Positions 1 through 13,650 of a stretch of 64,000 nt of DNA are shown here, one piece after another. A program made the translations under genes and the position numbers. The stretch is from Eutreptiella sp. 'Long Island Sound 2002'. Taxonomy: Eukaryota; Protista; Euglenida. The stretch is from the NCBI GenBank assembly GCA_964036045.1, contig OZ038379.1, positions 74,834,001 to 74,898,000 of the forward strand, read 5' to 3'. Below the pieces are notes generated by a model. That model did no database searches and was not told where the DNA came from. It was given only the letters and a program-made list of their open reading frames with translations. Position 1 is the first letter of the stretch. Every line of letters starts with the position of its first letter.

Positions 1-1861
1 GGGGAGTGTTTGCATGCTCAGCCTGCGATGGGTGCGCACAGCACGCTACTTTTAGGCAAGTGTCCTAGAATTTAGGCACAGATTCGTGACCCCCTAGAGA
101 AGCACCAGAGGACACTTGGGAATGGTCAATCAAAGCCAATTCAACTCCAAAGGCAATCCTGCAAAGCACACAACACAAAAGCAAACCTGCCAATTCAAAT
201 TGCAGCAGAAATGTGACATTCTTTCTGCTTGACAGTTTTTTACTGAACAGGTCACTCATAGTTGAGGCCTTGACCCTCCACTGCTGTGGCATAATGCATA
301 GTGACATGACAGTAAGTACAAGTGCTTTCAGAAGAGACGTGAAGTTGATCTCAATCCCAGGTATGCAAACGGGCGTCAGCTCAAGACTGGGCACCTTTGT
401 GTTCCCACTATATGTCATTGTTCGGTGTTATTTGTTTTCTGACAGGTCCAAGTCGTTAAGGGGGACCAATTGCTTTGTCGTTTCGGGGTGGTTCCACGTG
501 TACCTCCTGCTCAGGAGGAGACCAGGATTTGCGTGCACCTTTGTGGTACGCATGGAACTGATTTGGTATGTCAAGAATGTCCTGTAGGTTCAGGTCACTT
601 GGCGACTATACTCGCAGGGTGGGGGAGGAACCACTGTCCCTCTCGGGGGGGAGGGGGGTGGTTACCTGTCAATTTCAGTCCGTAATTGGCAGAAGGGATA
701 CCACTAGAGTGCCACCCTTCTTTGCAGCAATTGTGCGCGTTAATGTCTCATGAAACCAAGGTCTATGGCGGCCTGCGCAAAATACAGGAGGGCTGGCTAC
801 ATCAGCAGCCTGAACACGAACAAATGTACCAACAAGAAACTAAAGACATGTAGCATGTGCATCAACAACAAACACATGATGTGGTTGCAGCAACGATGCC
901 CGACCGCACAACAACAACGACAAAACATGCATATATGGCACATGCCACAAATGCACAGCATGTGCCCTATAGCACCCATGTACATCGTTATACAACTGCC
1001 GCTGGGCCATCAAAGTTCCATACTTTCTTTTGTTTGTTTTGACACCGGACCAGTTCACACCATCAAAGTAGTCGGTGTTCATGGGCATCTGGGCCCAGAT
1101 GTATGTATAGCAAGAATTGTATAGCCAACAGCTTCAAACATGCGAGGCATGTCCCCTCTCGCAAACGCTGGTGGGAGATGCTACTGGGGTGGCAATCCTG
1201 ATGCTACTGTACAGAAAGTGCGTGTGGTGACGGGTCTGCCGCGCAGGGGACCCGGTGAGCTACACAGCGGGGAAGAGGTCGCACTTCCAATTGAGCAAGA
1301 GGGAGCCAACAAATTCTGCCTCCATGGCCAAGTGACGCTCCTGTTGCAACCAAGCAGGCGTCAATTAGTGATCCGTGTTTGTGTTCCACCAGGTGGTTTG
1401 CGCGTCCAAGTGCACTTGGACGCTATGTGAGGCCGCACGAGAAAAGAGGACCGGTTTATCCCTTGCCGCCCTATCAAATTGATCATGGCAGGACTCCCGG
1501 AGCTGGGCCTCATATGCACTCCACAATCTCCACGAGACTCTATGAAAATAGTTGAAGTAGAGCTATGCTCCCCACATCCCTAGATCCATGGGAAGCATCA
1601 CTTGCAACATTGGAAGCGTTTTGGAGCCGATTTTGGTGCGCGAGTCGGATGTGACGTGTGCGACATACCGAAGGACGATCATAGAATGACCCCCCCCCCC
1701 CCCACCCAAACACCTTAAATGTCAAAAAAACGCCTTGTGCCCCCACCCCCCCCAAGCACCATCACCACCACCATCAATCAGATATATTCTGTGAGGCTTC
1801 AACCAATCCCGCGAAGCGCCAAATCCTTGCCAACGAACCTTGTACACCCCCCCCCCCCCCC

Positions 1862-2110
1862 CCGCGTGGCTGGGTCCGGCTTATCCGTCAGGATGCGCTC
1901 CGCGGTATAATCATCATCCTCCCATCATCGTTGGAGTCCGGGTTCCCTGCAGTGAACGCAAGCGTCACCACTCGCCCACTGGGATCCGGCACCCGTGGTC
2001 GGACTTGCTTGTGGTCCCGATGCAGGATCTTGTTATCCCCCATCTAGACCGTATACATATCTTGTCCGATGTTGCGCACCATGAACCCTGGGATATAACC
2101 CTTGACAAAA
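1862..2110 (-). pseudogene. Decayed Ty3/gypsy integrase C-terminus/chromodomain fragment related to element B
   Basis: The reverse complement aligns by eye with about 61950-62200, e.g. GGGGATAACAAGATCCTG and (C/G)ATCCTGA(C/T)GGA(T/C)AAGCCGGACCC. It is frameshifted. Confidence 0.8.
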
Positions 2111-2664
2111 CGATTAGTATGTGCTTGTAGATGTCTTATTTGCCACAGAGATGCATATACCATGGCTCAAAACCTCCCGGGTGCCCCCCAAACTATTGTG
2201 CACTGCTCTGCCACTCCTCAAAGAGAAGCTACCCGGCTACCATGGCCAGCGGTGGCCAATCATAGGGTCCCGATGGTGGACCCTACAAACGGAGCCCCCC
2301 CCCCCCCCCCCCCGGGAGCCCCTTTCCACCACAGGCCCCCTCCCAGTTGGCCCGGGTAGCCCTCCCCACTCTGCATGCACACACACAAAGACACACACAG
2401 CAACACAAATTGGTGTGGCTTGGTCTCCTGTTTCAAAGCAACTTCGGCGTCGGTAGGGAGGAAGTCCCCAGTACTCAGCAAATGGGTTAGGGGCGGTGAG
2501 CTAGACGTTGCATCAACGCCCATGACAATAGGGGCCGGCTGCTAGCACAAGCTGTGTGCAAAGTGTGGGGCTCTGCTGCGGAACTTTTTTCGCGGAAGCG
2601 GAGCCGGTGCGGCAGCCATTGCTAACTGCGACAGCACCGCTAGTTGGTCACCATCACAGGCATC

Positions 2665-2760
2665 ACTCCCACTCCCGCTCCCACTCCCACTCCCACTCCC
2701 ACTCCCACTCCCACTCCCACTCCCACTACCACCCCCACTCCCACTCCCACTCCCACTGCC
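2665..2760. repeat. (ACTCCC)n hexamer microsatellite, about 16 units
   Basis: Direct reading of the sequence, with a few variant units. Confidence 0.95.
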
Positions 2761-2987
2761 ACTATCACTAGGGGAGTCCCCTATGTCCAATTGGGGCTCC
2801 TGGCGGGCTGAGACGAATCCTCTGCATGAACGACAATGCGCTGATGCAACCTCGTTGACCGCATTGGCAAAATGCGTTGGGTACTACCATTTGCCTTGTG
2901 TACGTGCCCGGGTGCCACACACTCTGCGGATGAGTCCGCTCGCAATGGATCGGGAACAACCAACACCTTGTTGGGTATCTTGTACAA

Positions 2988-3695
2988 TACCGGGCAAATA
3001 CGAATATTTTTAAAATACGAATATTTTGCGGGAAAAAAAAAACAATTAATATTTAGGAAAATTTTTGTTTTTGCCACTAAAAAGCCCAAACAATAATTTT
3101 TTTTGCGATTATTTTGAATTTGCGAGCCAAAACCTGTGTATTCAACCCATAAAATAAATTTATTTTTTGCGATTAATTTTTGTCCGACTACCATTTTGCG
3201 TTTGATATTGTGTCCTCAATGTTGCTGCTTGCTTCAAATCTTGCAGGGGCCAAACTTATCAGTTGTCTTGCAGTTGTCTACTTGATGAAATAAATGTGTT
3301 CCATGCACAACAAAGCTTGTCACAACATGACGACCACGCCAAACCAGGCCGCCGCCGGAGGGGGACAATATCAGGAATGTCCGTCGCCGTCAAATGGCTT
3401 CCTCAGAGGGCAAAGTTGGGAAGAAAGAATGCAAAGAGAACATTGCTGTCGGCGGAAAGGGTCGGGGCAGATGGGGGAAGCAACAAGGATCCTTGCATCA
3501 TACCTGTACGATTGATCACAAACAGTACCAACCCTACACTCTCCGAATTATTTATTTAACCTATTTTTTTGCGAAATCATGTGTCCCGAACGGCAGAATT
3601 ATTTAAAAAATTTGCGTTTGTTGTTTTTTTTTTGCGCTCAGAAAAAAACACTCTGGAATTCAATATTTTGGCAAAATATTCATATTTGGCCGGTA
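2988..3695. mobile_element. MITE-like non-autonomous DNA transposon remnant
   Basis: 23-bp inverted repeat: TACCGGGCAAATACGAATATTTT (2988-3010) versus the reverse complement of 3673-3695 (TACCGGCCAAATATGAATATTTT), 2 mismatches. Subterminal DNA is AT-rich. No clean TSD seen. Confidence 0.55.
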
Positions 3696-5704
3696 CACAC
3701 CCTATTTTTTCTCTTTACCCTTCTGGGTGCCTTGGCATGTGCCCTACGTTGGGAGCGAGGAACAAAGGGGTCCACTGAAACATAAGAAAAGGTAGGCCAC
3801 CCTTATAGGGCTTATAGCTAGAACATCACCCACTCACGCCGACCACTACGTCCGGATCTGCAACGTCCACAAAGGCAGTAGACATCATGCGCATCCACTT
3901 CACTCTCAAGCTGCACTAGCACCGATTGGGTCTGCGGGTGGCAAAGGACCCTAACGGTTGGTAAGGCTAACAGTGGCCGCACAATATGTTCCACAATGTC
4001 CCACGACTGTGGCGATGCATTCACAACACACCGTTCCAACACGAACGCACGCCGGATAGGCCTCCACAAGTGTACTTGTGACCGCCTGCTTTTACTTGAA
4101 ACTTTCTATATATGGCTCGTGCGTGAGTGTTTCCCTAATGCTATCTTCGGGGCAAGTGGTGGTTAGTGTGGCAGACATCTTGCCAAGCCGCAAATCGTGC
4201 TCGCCATCACCGTTGCAGTATTGGATCGGCAAGTGTGGCTGAGCAAAGGGGTGTGTAAGTCCATGCAAATGAAGCATGCCCGTTCACCCACTTTCCGCAT
4301 ACTCCATGATCCGGGGGATGAGGTATACATGAATTTTGCCCCACGCTTTGCATACCCCAAGGGGTAGGCCAACGTCTAAGGCATACAGCACGACTACAAC
4401 ATGGCAAAAAGACAAAAAAGGGGAATGCAAACAGAGGCGGAAGATGCACTCTTGTGCCACTAGCATTGCGCATTCCCCCGCTTCATGGCCAGTGAAGGAA
4501 ACCCCCATGCGAAATCGGCGTCGCACGAGGTGCGGTATTGTTTGTTGTCTTGCAGAACATCGCCCAACTTGTACCGAGGGGCAACAGCACATGTATATCG
4601 ATGCAACACACATGCATCATCTGATGGGAGTATGCACCCAACTACCGCACTGGCACGGCCGATGCCTCCCTTGAAATTGTGCACTGTCGGGCGACTCACA
4701 AATGCGTGTTCCAATACTTTAACACCACTGAGCATCCTACCTACTACCTAGAGTGGGTGCGGGTCAAACTAGAGGCAACGGACACCCTCATGCCACTACT
4801 ACGGACACACAACAAAACACCTCCCCCCACATGCCCACCACAAATGTTGGTGGTCGGCAGTTAAAAACAGAAATTGCCCCCGCCTAGGCATGTTTTCTGT
4901 GCAGCCCCCCCGTTGCACAAGAAGACGAAAAGGTGTCTTTTGAAACTTATTCGGTTCCTCTGCTTGCCCCTATCGAACGCATTGGTCGTGGGTGTTTTTC
5001 AATATCTCCCTCCAGGTGAATAGGAACATACATTGCCGAAAAAACACCCTTATTGGAAAAAATGCCCCCCCCCTCGTCAATCCGACACACTTTAACGTTT
5101 GCATTCCCCCATGCTCTAAGCGTGCACAAGGGACAAGAGACAATTTTGGGGTGGGGATTTACTCCGACCAAAGCCCACACACCAACCACTACCCCCAAAG
5201 AGGGCGCCCACAATCTGGGCCGGCAGCGAGCTATTCTGGAGGGAGTGGTCAAAAGAGGGTAAACGAGTATCTTCTGCCTAGTGGAGGCGGAGGCGCTCCA
5301 CAGTCCATCCAAAACGAGGCCGCAACCCTTCAGTGCACGGACTACGCGGACAGATGCAAGACATTTATGCCACTGATATAGCACATCTTGTTCTGCAATT
5401 TGGGGCTCCCGAGAGGCTTGGGAGGGATGGGGTGGGCGACACGAAATGTGCCGTGCCACGCGCACTCCACGCGGGGCTTGTTGTTGCAAAGACTCCGGGC
5501 CCCGGACACTCCCAGGCTCCTCCGTTAGAAAAAGCCGCCCATGCGTGGTGATCCAATCGCTAGTCACCACGCTGTGTAGGACGTAGACTAAAGCTTGGCG
5601 GCGGGAGAGGTCGGCAGGTCCATGTACGTGGCAGACCAATCCCTACAACTGCATTCATGGTGCGTAGACATACTTGAGACGTGATGTTGTCCGACTACAC
5701 CAAA

Positions 5705-8530
5705 CTGCTTGCACCATGTGTGCTCCGACCTTTCGATGATCAATTGGCCGGTGTTTCAATGGCCCTGTCATAGTGCCTCATGTGGTCTGACTGTTCATGA
5801 ATTCATGGCCATGTGTCTCAATGACTCTATTCTACTGCCTCATGTGGTCCAACATTTCGAACATTCCATGCACGCACCGCCTCGTGCCATTCACAATGAA
5901 GGGGACATCGCGCACACCCGGTGTGAGGTGACGGAGTACGCACCCGCAGGCACACAAACACAAACCTCTGTTGTCCATTCAAGTGCTATTGAAAAACACT
6001 GTTGGGCACGTGGCATGTTGCGGACTACAGCACGGGCAGAGGTGGCGGGGGTGGTGGCGTTCGTGGTTGTGGGCATCGTGGGCGGCGGGGGTAGTTGCAA
6101 CAAATGTGCTACAAGAATATCAGGGCAGCTTGCAACATTCTCCTAACGGCCGCCTGCCGATGGGCCTCAAGGACGGCACTCCAAACCGCGGCGTTGATGC
6201 CCAAATACAAGCAACTAACCCCTTTGCCGGAGCCGTCACCAAACTCCGACTGCGCCTCTGCACGGTTTGCCCTCATATCATAGATATCCTAGGCAAGAGT
6301 GTCCATCAGTGGGGTGGCCGGGGCGGGTTCCACCAAGCAAGGGGCCGGTGGGGCTGGTGGGGTTGGTGGAGCAGCATCGGCTTGTGGAACGGGGGCTGGT
6401 GGGGCCATGGCTATTGAGGCTGCTCAGGAGGAGGGGACGTTTTCTTCTTCTTCCTTGATGTTCTCCTCTTCTTTCTCCTCTTTGTTCACCCCCTTTCTTC
6501 GGGGTTCTTCTCTTCGTCCGACGTTGCTCTGAATACTCTGTCCAGTAATGCACAAGAACCACCATGTGGGGTCCGTCCCTTCAAGAAATCATTGACGTGT
6601 CCGCCTATGCCTCATGGACGCTATCATAGTGCTTCATGTGGTCCGAACTTTCAAAAAATTCATTGCCCTGTGCCTGATTGCCTGCATTATAACGATTGTA
6701 ATGCCTCATGTGGTGCGACCTTTCGAAAATTTAATGTACGCACCACCATGTACCATGTGTGGTGTAACCTTTCACAAAATTCCATGCACGCACCACCATG
6801 TACCATGTGTGGTCGGACGTTTCGAAAATTTATTGCCCTGTGTCTCGCTGACTCTATTATAACTATTATAATGCCTCACGTGGTCCAACCTTTCGAATAT
6901 TCAATGCACGCTCCACCATGTTTCATCTCTGGTCAAACGATTTGGAAATTCATTGACTCATGCCTCGTTGACTGTATTGTAACTATTAGAATGCCTTGGG
7001 TAGTCAAACTTGTCGAAAGTTGGTTGCCCCGTGTTTCGTTAATTGAATCATACTTTTTCTTTTTTTGTTGATGACAACAAACTCAGTTCAGGCCATCAGG
7101 CCATCCGTGTGCGTGGGCATTGAGCCCAATTCATATGTACAACGTGAATGGGTAAAGCGGCAACTTCATGCGGGTGAGGCATGTCCCCATATTGGGACGT
7201 TGTGGGGGAGGCAATGCGTTGCTACTATACACACCATGCGGTGGTGTTTGCTGCCACGGCCCTGTTTCGTTGACTCGAACATAATGCCTAGCGAGGGGCG
7301 ACCTTTCCAAAGGTCATTGCCCTGTCTCTCGTTGATTGTCGTGCAACTACTATAATGCCTTCAGGTGGTCTAACCTTTAGAAAAATGAATGCGTGCTCTC
7401 CCATTAACCATGTGTCGCCCCAATTTTCGAAAATTGATTGCCCTGTGTCTGGTCGCCTCTACAAAACCTATTCTAATGCCGCATGTTGTGTGACCTTTGG
7501 AAAATTCAATGCACACAACTCTTTGTTCCATGTGTGGTCTGAAATTTCGGAAATTCATTGCACTTTGTTGCATTGCCTCTACCATAGTGGCTCACGTGGT
7601 CCAACCTTTCGAACAATCAATGCCGTGTGTTTCTTTGACTATATCCTAACAATTACAATGCATCGGGCGGTCCAACATTTGGAGAATTCAACAGACATAA
7701 TTGGTTGTGCCATGTGTGGTCAGACCTTCCCAAGAGTCATTGCCCTTTGTGTCGTTGACTCTATTACAACTAATATAATGCCTCATGTGATGCAACCTTT
7801 CGAAAACCCAATGACTTGTGTTTGCTGAACTTTATCACAGTGCCTGATGTGGGCCGAGGTTTCGAAAAATCGAGGGCACAAAACTGCTTGCACCATTTGT
7901 GGTCCCACCATTCAATGCCCTCTATCTCATTGACTGCATTATAACTATTTTAATGCCGCATTTGGGGCAACCTTTCGAAAAATCAATGACCTATGACTAG
8001 TGGACCTGATCACGGTGCCTGACATGGTCCAACCTTTCGAAAAGTAAATGCACAAAGTTGCTTGCACCATGTATGGTCCGGCGTTTCGAAAATTCATTGC
8101 CCTCTGTCCCTTAGACTGAACTGGACTCTGTCATAGTGCCTCACATGGCCCGACTTTTCGAAAATTCAATGCGGATAACAAGTTCTGCCATGTGTGGTCC
8201 AACTTTTCGAACATGCATTGCCCTCCCTCTCATTGACTTTATTATCACTATTCTCATGCCTCATGTGGTCCGACCTTTCGAAAAGTCATTGCACTGTGTG
8301 TGGTGCACTTTATCATAGTGCCACACATGGTCCGAGATCTGAAAAAGATCAATGCACATAATTGGTTGTGTCATGTGTGGTCCCAACTTTCGAAAACCCA
8401 TTGTCGTGTGTCATCTTGACTCTATCAAACTCCCTCAATGGTCACATATGTGTTTCAACCTTTGGGAAATTCATTGTACACAACACCTACGTTAGCATGT
8501 GTGGTCGCACGTGTGGTCCGAGCCTTCGAA
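5705..8530. repeat. Degenerate satellite with an approx. 30-bp core TGTGGTCCRACCTTTCGAAAATTCAWTGC, in blocks at about 5705-5890, 6610-7030 and 7240-8530
   Basis: The core recurs about every 50 or 70 bp with two alternating, themselves repeated, linker types. Confidence 0.85.
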
Positions 8531-10833
8531 GATTGTATGCTCTCAATGCAAATCTTGTTATACCGAGAGCCCCGAGGTTGTAATACCTTGTACCTCCATA
8601 CATTTCATTTTTGTATGGCGTGTAGTTGCCCCATACATGCCATGGTTGTTTTATTTTGTATTTTGATGAATCTTTTGCACAAAATTGTATAGAAGAGTGC
8701 GTCGCGTGGGTTTGACTGCAACTCCATGGGAATGATGCGCTCCAAGAATGTTTCAAACATGTTGGGTTGGATGTACCTTTGCTCAAGCTGCATAACACAG
8801 TGGCACGCAAGTATCCACTGCAACGGGGACTGAACCACGGTATCGCGAGGAGCCTCAACATTAACACAGTCAATGTGCATCTTGCAGCACATGGTGACAT
8901 TGTCCTCGCTCATTGGACCAAACACCAGCACAAACAACACACCTACGTGGTGCACACATTGCGGGCATTTTAGAATGGTGGAAAGGTGTGGGGGCGTTGC
9001 GTTTGGGATGGCCCCAATATTGCCACGCCATTGCCGTGCCATTTTGGTGATTCACGGGGCGTTGGACCACGAGGCTCAAACTCCAGGGGGGAATGGAGCT
9101 GCCATTAGGGGCACTCTCTGCAATCACAAAAATTTCCCAAAGCACCCTAAGATGAGTGAGATGGACCGTAGATCGTATAACAAAATCTCAATGTTATTTT
9201 GGGAGGTGACTAGTAGGAAGAGAAGAAATGGCCTTGCCCACCTAAGGGTGAAGAACATATGTTCACCGCTATTCGACGGGGTTTGCCCGAGGCCCCGGCT
9301 TTGCACATGCTGCAAAACGTAGCCAACGGTTTGGGAACTGCGGTTCTCCTTGGGGTCCATCACTGGCTGCTTGGGGTTTGGCTTGAGGGAGGTGTGCCGA
9401 GGGTAAGTCTCCACAAGCCATCTGAGTAACCCTGCACACATCCGACTTCTAACATATGTGCCTCGTCATCGGGGGATGCGCACGCTGTGCAAGTATTTCT
9501 GCGTAGGGGGCAGTAGTGGGCCGCATGGGAAGGAGCGAGGTACGGCAATCATGGAGATGTGTGTCCAATGTGTGTTGGATAGCTATAGCCTCAAATTGCA
9601 CTGCTGCATCTCCACCTACTGCTTTTCCCCTCAAGAGTGCGCGGGGTGGAGGGCATCTGAGGTTTATGGTAGAGGCACTAGACAGTTTTCTTTGCAGTCT
9701 GCGCTGAACAAAATGGCTGTGGCTGACACGCTCCACTAGGACGAACGGCTAGAGCGACCCCCGTGGCTCCACAGCAAATATGTAGCATGAAACCCATTAT
9801 CCACAAGGTCGCGCTTTGTCGGTGCTTCGACAGTGTTGACGAGGTGTTTGGTCTGCGGGGATATGGGATCTTGCGCAAAGTGGCAAGGAGAGGTCCGGGG
9901 GTCATGGGGTACAACCACTGGGAGTCGGGTATGTGGTGAGGGGCTGTTGACCTTGGTCTCGTACAGGTTATGTGTTGTTCATGGCAGACGTTCTAGAGAA
10001 GGTAGGCTGCCTGAGAAGGTAGAAGGCAGTGGGATGAAGCTTAAGATCTCAACATTGCTGCTCACCATAATGCCCCCCGGCTAAGCAGCCGATCGCGTGC
10101 AATTTTCTCTTGGCTGGCGGCTCTCTCAACTTTGAGTGAATAGTGCGACGCTTCTCTACACGTTGTCTCACCGCCTCACATTTAGTTAGCAAGTTGTCAC
10201 CTACACTAAAGGCCGAATGATCACAAACCCCCTCCTTTTCTTTCATCTCCTCGGGCAAAATCCTTAGGAACCGCACGTGGGACTTCATTTTTACAATTCA
10301 AGGGGCGTATGCTTCTTCGGCAATGACATGTCCAGGTTGGACCCCCGTGTAGCGCACTTTCTCTTTGACTAGCAAACAAAATGCATCAGTGGGCCGGCCT
10401 TTGTTTGTCGCTTTAGCAATGCAAATGACTTCTTCTCATTGAGTCTTAGCCATTAAAACCCTCCAAATTCCAAAAATTGTGCTATTGCCCCTACCGCTTC
10501 CTCTTTCCCCTCGCGGCCGGAACTTTGTATCCAAATGAGTACATCCGCTACATGTAGCAACCTCTATGAACCCTCTCAGACAGGGCTTTGCTCAAGTTAC
10601 ATAACACAGTGGCACGCAAGTATCCACCGCAACCGGGACGGAACCACGGTATCGCGAGGAGCCTCAACATTAACACAGTCAATGTGCATCTTGCACCACA
10701 TGGTGACATTGTCCTCGCTCATTGGACCAAACACCAGCACAAACAACACACCTACGTGGTGCACACATTGCGGGCATTTCAGAATGGTGGAAAGGTGTGG
10801 GGGCGTCGTGTTTGGCATGGCCTCGATACTGTC

Positions 10834-11817
10834 TTTTTTTTTTATCAAACGGGCCAGTTCAGAATGTGCCATGGGCCACTGTGGGCCAAGTTCGATGCAA
10901 GATAGAGATTTCGGCAAACCCAGGGTGTGCATACGGGCTGCAGCTCATGACTGCGCCCCGATGGTTTCCCGTTGAGATGGTTGTGGTCATGTCATTGGTA
11001 TTTCCCACTCATTTGGATCCCAGTGCGTTTTGTGGCGTTTTGGCAGTGGTTGCATCGGGAATTCCCACAAGGTGGGGTCCCAATGTTCCCGCGGCCGTTT
11101 CCGTATCAGGTATATTGTCTGTCGTGCTGGTCGGGTTGTTTGCCGGTACTGAGTCGTCTTATGTTTGCATGCGTCATGGTAGCACTGTGTCATGTTTGCC
11201 AAGTGTTTCTGCTGGCGCCACATGTAGAGTGCCTGTCGTTGGTGCAGGTCCAGCACCTTCTCGGTGCCAGCACACAGCCTCCGGTATCGTCCGCCGATCA
11301 GCAGCAGCAGTTTTGCATCTGCATACCATATCCCTGTGTCGTACTTTGCTTGTTCATACCACTGCCTGCGTATTTGGCACAGGTGTGCGTGTGTGTCCTG
11401 CAGTTGTTGTGCTGCCATCTGTTCCTCGACCAGTTTTGTGACGAGCCTGTGATAGTCTGTTTTGGCCGTCAGTGTGTTGGTGTAGTGCGTGTGCAGGGTG
11501 CGTAGGTGTTGCCTTGCCACTGCAGCGGCGTGTGCTCTGTGGTATATGTCATGTGTTTGCTGTGCGTGTTCCTGAGCCAACCTGTCTGCTGTCTTTCTGT
11601 ACTGTCCCATCACTGTGTGTCAACGCTGAGGCGCCGACGTTTCTTGGTGTGTTCGTCTTGTGCTGTGATGGTTCCTCGTCTTGCGAACCATGCCACTGCC
11701 TCATCGTCGTCTGCGTTGCGCGCATCACGTATCCATTGGTCGGGGTCGATGGGCTCCGCCTTCGCGACCTCGGTCTTACGCTTGCGTTTCGTGCCGCACC
11801 TCATGGGCGCCCCGACC
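10834..11817 (-). pseudogene. Poly(A)-tailed retrocopy, copy 1 (unknown ORF 11804->10987, one frameshift near 11610)
   Basis: T10 at 10834-10843. Flanked by TGGCATGGCCTCGATA(C/T)TG(T/C)C at 10813-10833 and 11818-11838. The empty site is present in other units. Confidence 0.85.
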
Positions 11818-13650
11818 TGGCATGGCCTCGATATTGCCACGCCATTGCTGTGCCATTTTGGTGATTCACGGGGCGTTGGACCACGAGGCTCAAACTCCAG
11901 GGGGGAATGGAGCTGCCATTAGGGGCACTCTCTGCAATCACAAAAATTTCCCAAAGCACCCTAAGATGAGTGAGATGGAGCGTAGATCGTACAACAAAAT
12001 CTCAATGTTATTTTGGGAGGTGACTAGTAGGAAGAGAAGAAATGGCCTTGCCCACCTAAGGGTGAAGAACATATGTTCACCGCTATTCGACGCGGTTTGC
12101 TCGAGGCCCCGGCGTTCCACATGCTGCAAAACGTAGCCAACGGTTTGGGAACCGCGGTTCTCCTTGGGGTCCATCACTGGCTGCTTGGGATTTGGCTTGA
12201 GGGAGGTTTGCCGGGGATAAGTCTCCACAAGCCATCTGAGTAACCCTGCACACATCCGACTTCTAACATATGTGCCACGTCATCAGGGGATGCGCATGCT
12301 GTGCAAGTATTTCTGCGTAGGGGGCAGTGGTGGGCCGCATGGGAAGGAGCGAGGTACGGCAATCATGGAGATGTGTGTCCAATGTATGTTGGATAGCTAT
12401 AGCCTCAAATTGCACTGCTGCATCTCCACCTACTACTTTTCCCCTCAAGAGTGCGCGGGGTGGAGGGCATCTGAGGTTTATGGCAGAGGCACTAGACAGT
12501 TTTCTTTGCAGGCTGCGCTGAACAAAATGGCTGTGGCTGACACGCTCCACTAGGACGAACGGCTCCAGCGACCCCCGTGGCTGCACAGCAAATACGTAGC
12601 GCATGAAACCCATTATCCACAAGGTCGCGCTTTGTCGGTGCTTCGACAGTGTTGACGAGGTGTTTGATCCGCGGGGATATGGGATCTTGCGCAAAGTGGC
12701 AAGGAGAGGTCCGGGGGTCGTGGGGTACAACCACTGGGAGTCGGGTATGTGGTGAGGGGCCGTTGACCTTGGTCTGGTACGGGGTATGTGTTGTTCAAGG
12801 CAGACGTTGTGGAGAAGGTAGGGTGCCTCAGAAGGTAGAAGGCAGTGGGATGAAGCTTAAGATCTCAACATTGCTGCTCACCATAATGCCCCCCGGCTAA
12901 GCGGCCAATCGCGTGCAATTTTCTCTTGGCTTGGGGCTCTCTCAATTCTGAGTGAATAGTGCGACGCTTCTCTACACGTTGTCTCACCGCCTCACATTTA
13001 GTTAGCAAGTTGTCACCTACACTAAAGACCGAATGATCACAAACCCCCTCCTTTTCATTCATCTCCTCGGGCACAATCTTTAGGACCGGCACGTGGGACT
13101 TCATTTTTACAATTCAAGGGGCGTATGCTTCTTCGGCAATGACATGTCCAATTTGGACCCCCGTGTAGAGCACTTTGTCTTTGACTAGGAAACCAACATG
13201 CATCAGTGGGCCGGCCTTTGTTTTTCGCTTGAGCAATGCAAATGACTTGTTCTCATTGAGTCTTAGCCATGAAAACCCTCCAAATTCCAAAAATTGTGCT
13301 ATTGCCCCTACCGCTTCCTCTTTCCCCTCGCGGCCGGAACTTTGTATCCAAATGAGTACATCGCCTACATGTAGCAACCTCTATGAACCCTCTCAGACAG
13401 GGCTTTGCTCAAGCTACATAACACAGTGGCACGCAAGTATCCACCGCAACCGGGACTGAACCACGGTATGGCGAGGAGCCTCAACATTAACACAGTCAAT
13501 GTGCATCTTGCAGCACATGGTGACATTGTCCTCGCTCATTGGACCAAACACCAGCACAAACAACACACCTACATGGTGCACACATTGCGGGCATTTTAGA
13601 ATGGTGGAAAGGTGTGGGGGCGTCGTGTTTGGCATGGCCTCGATATTGCC

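Noticed and set aside
2542-2790. Gly-Ser or His-Ser repeat protein
   Set aside because: The ORFs are translations of the (ACTCCC)n microsatellite with no other support.
3818-5639. Minus-strand ORFs (e.g. 4947-5639) as a second transposase
   Set aside because: Isolated CxxC and PTVH words, but no ordered motif set with correct spacing; left unassigned.
5705-8530. CRISPR-like array (approx. 30-bp partly palindromic repeat with spacers)
   Set aside because: The repeats are degenerate, the spacers are themselves repeated in two classes, there are no cas genes and the context is eukaryotic.
12945-12960. Partial SL matches (TTCTGAGTG) in the LINE units
   Set aside because: Only 9 nt, internal to a LINE and variable among units; consistent with chance.
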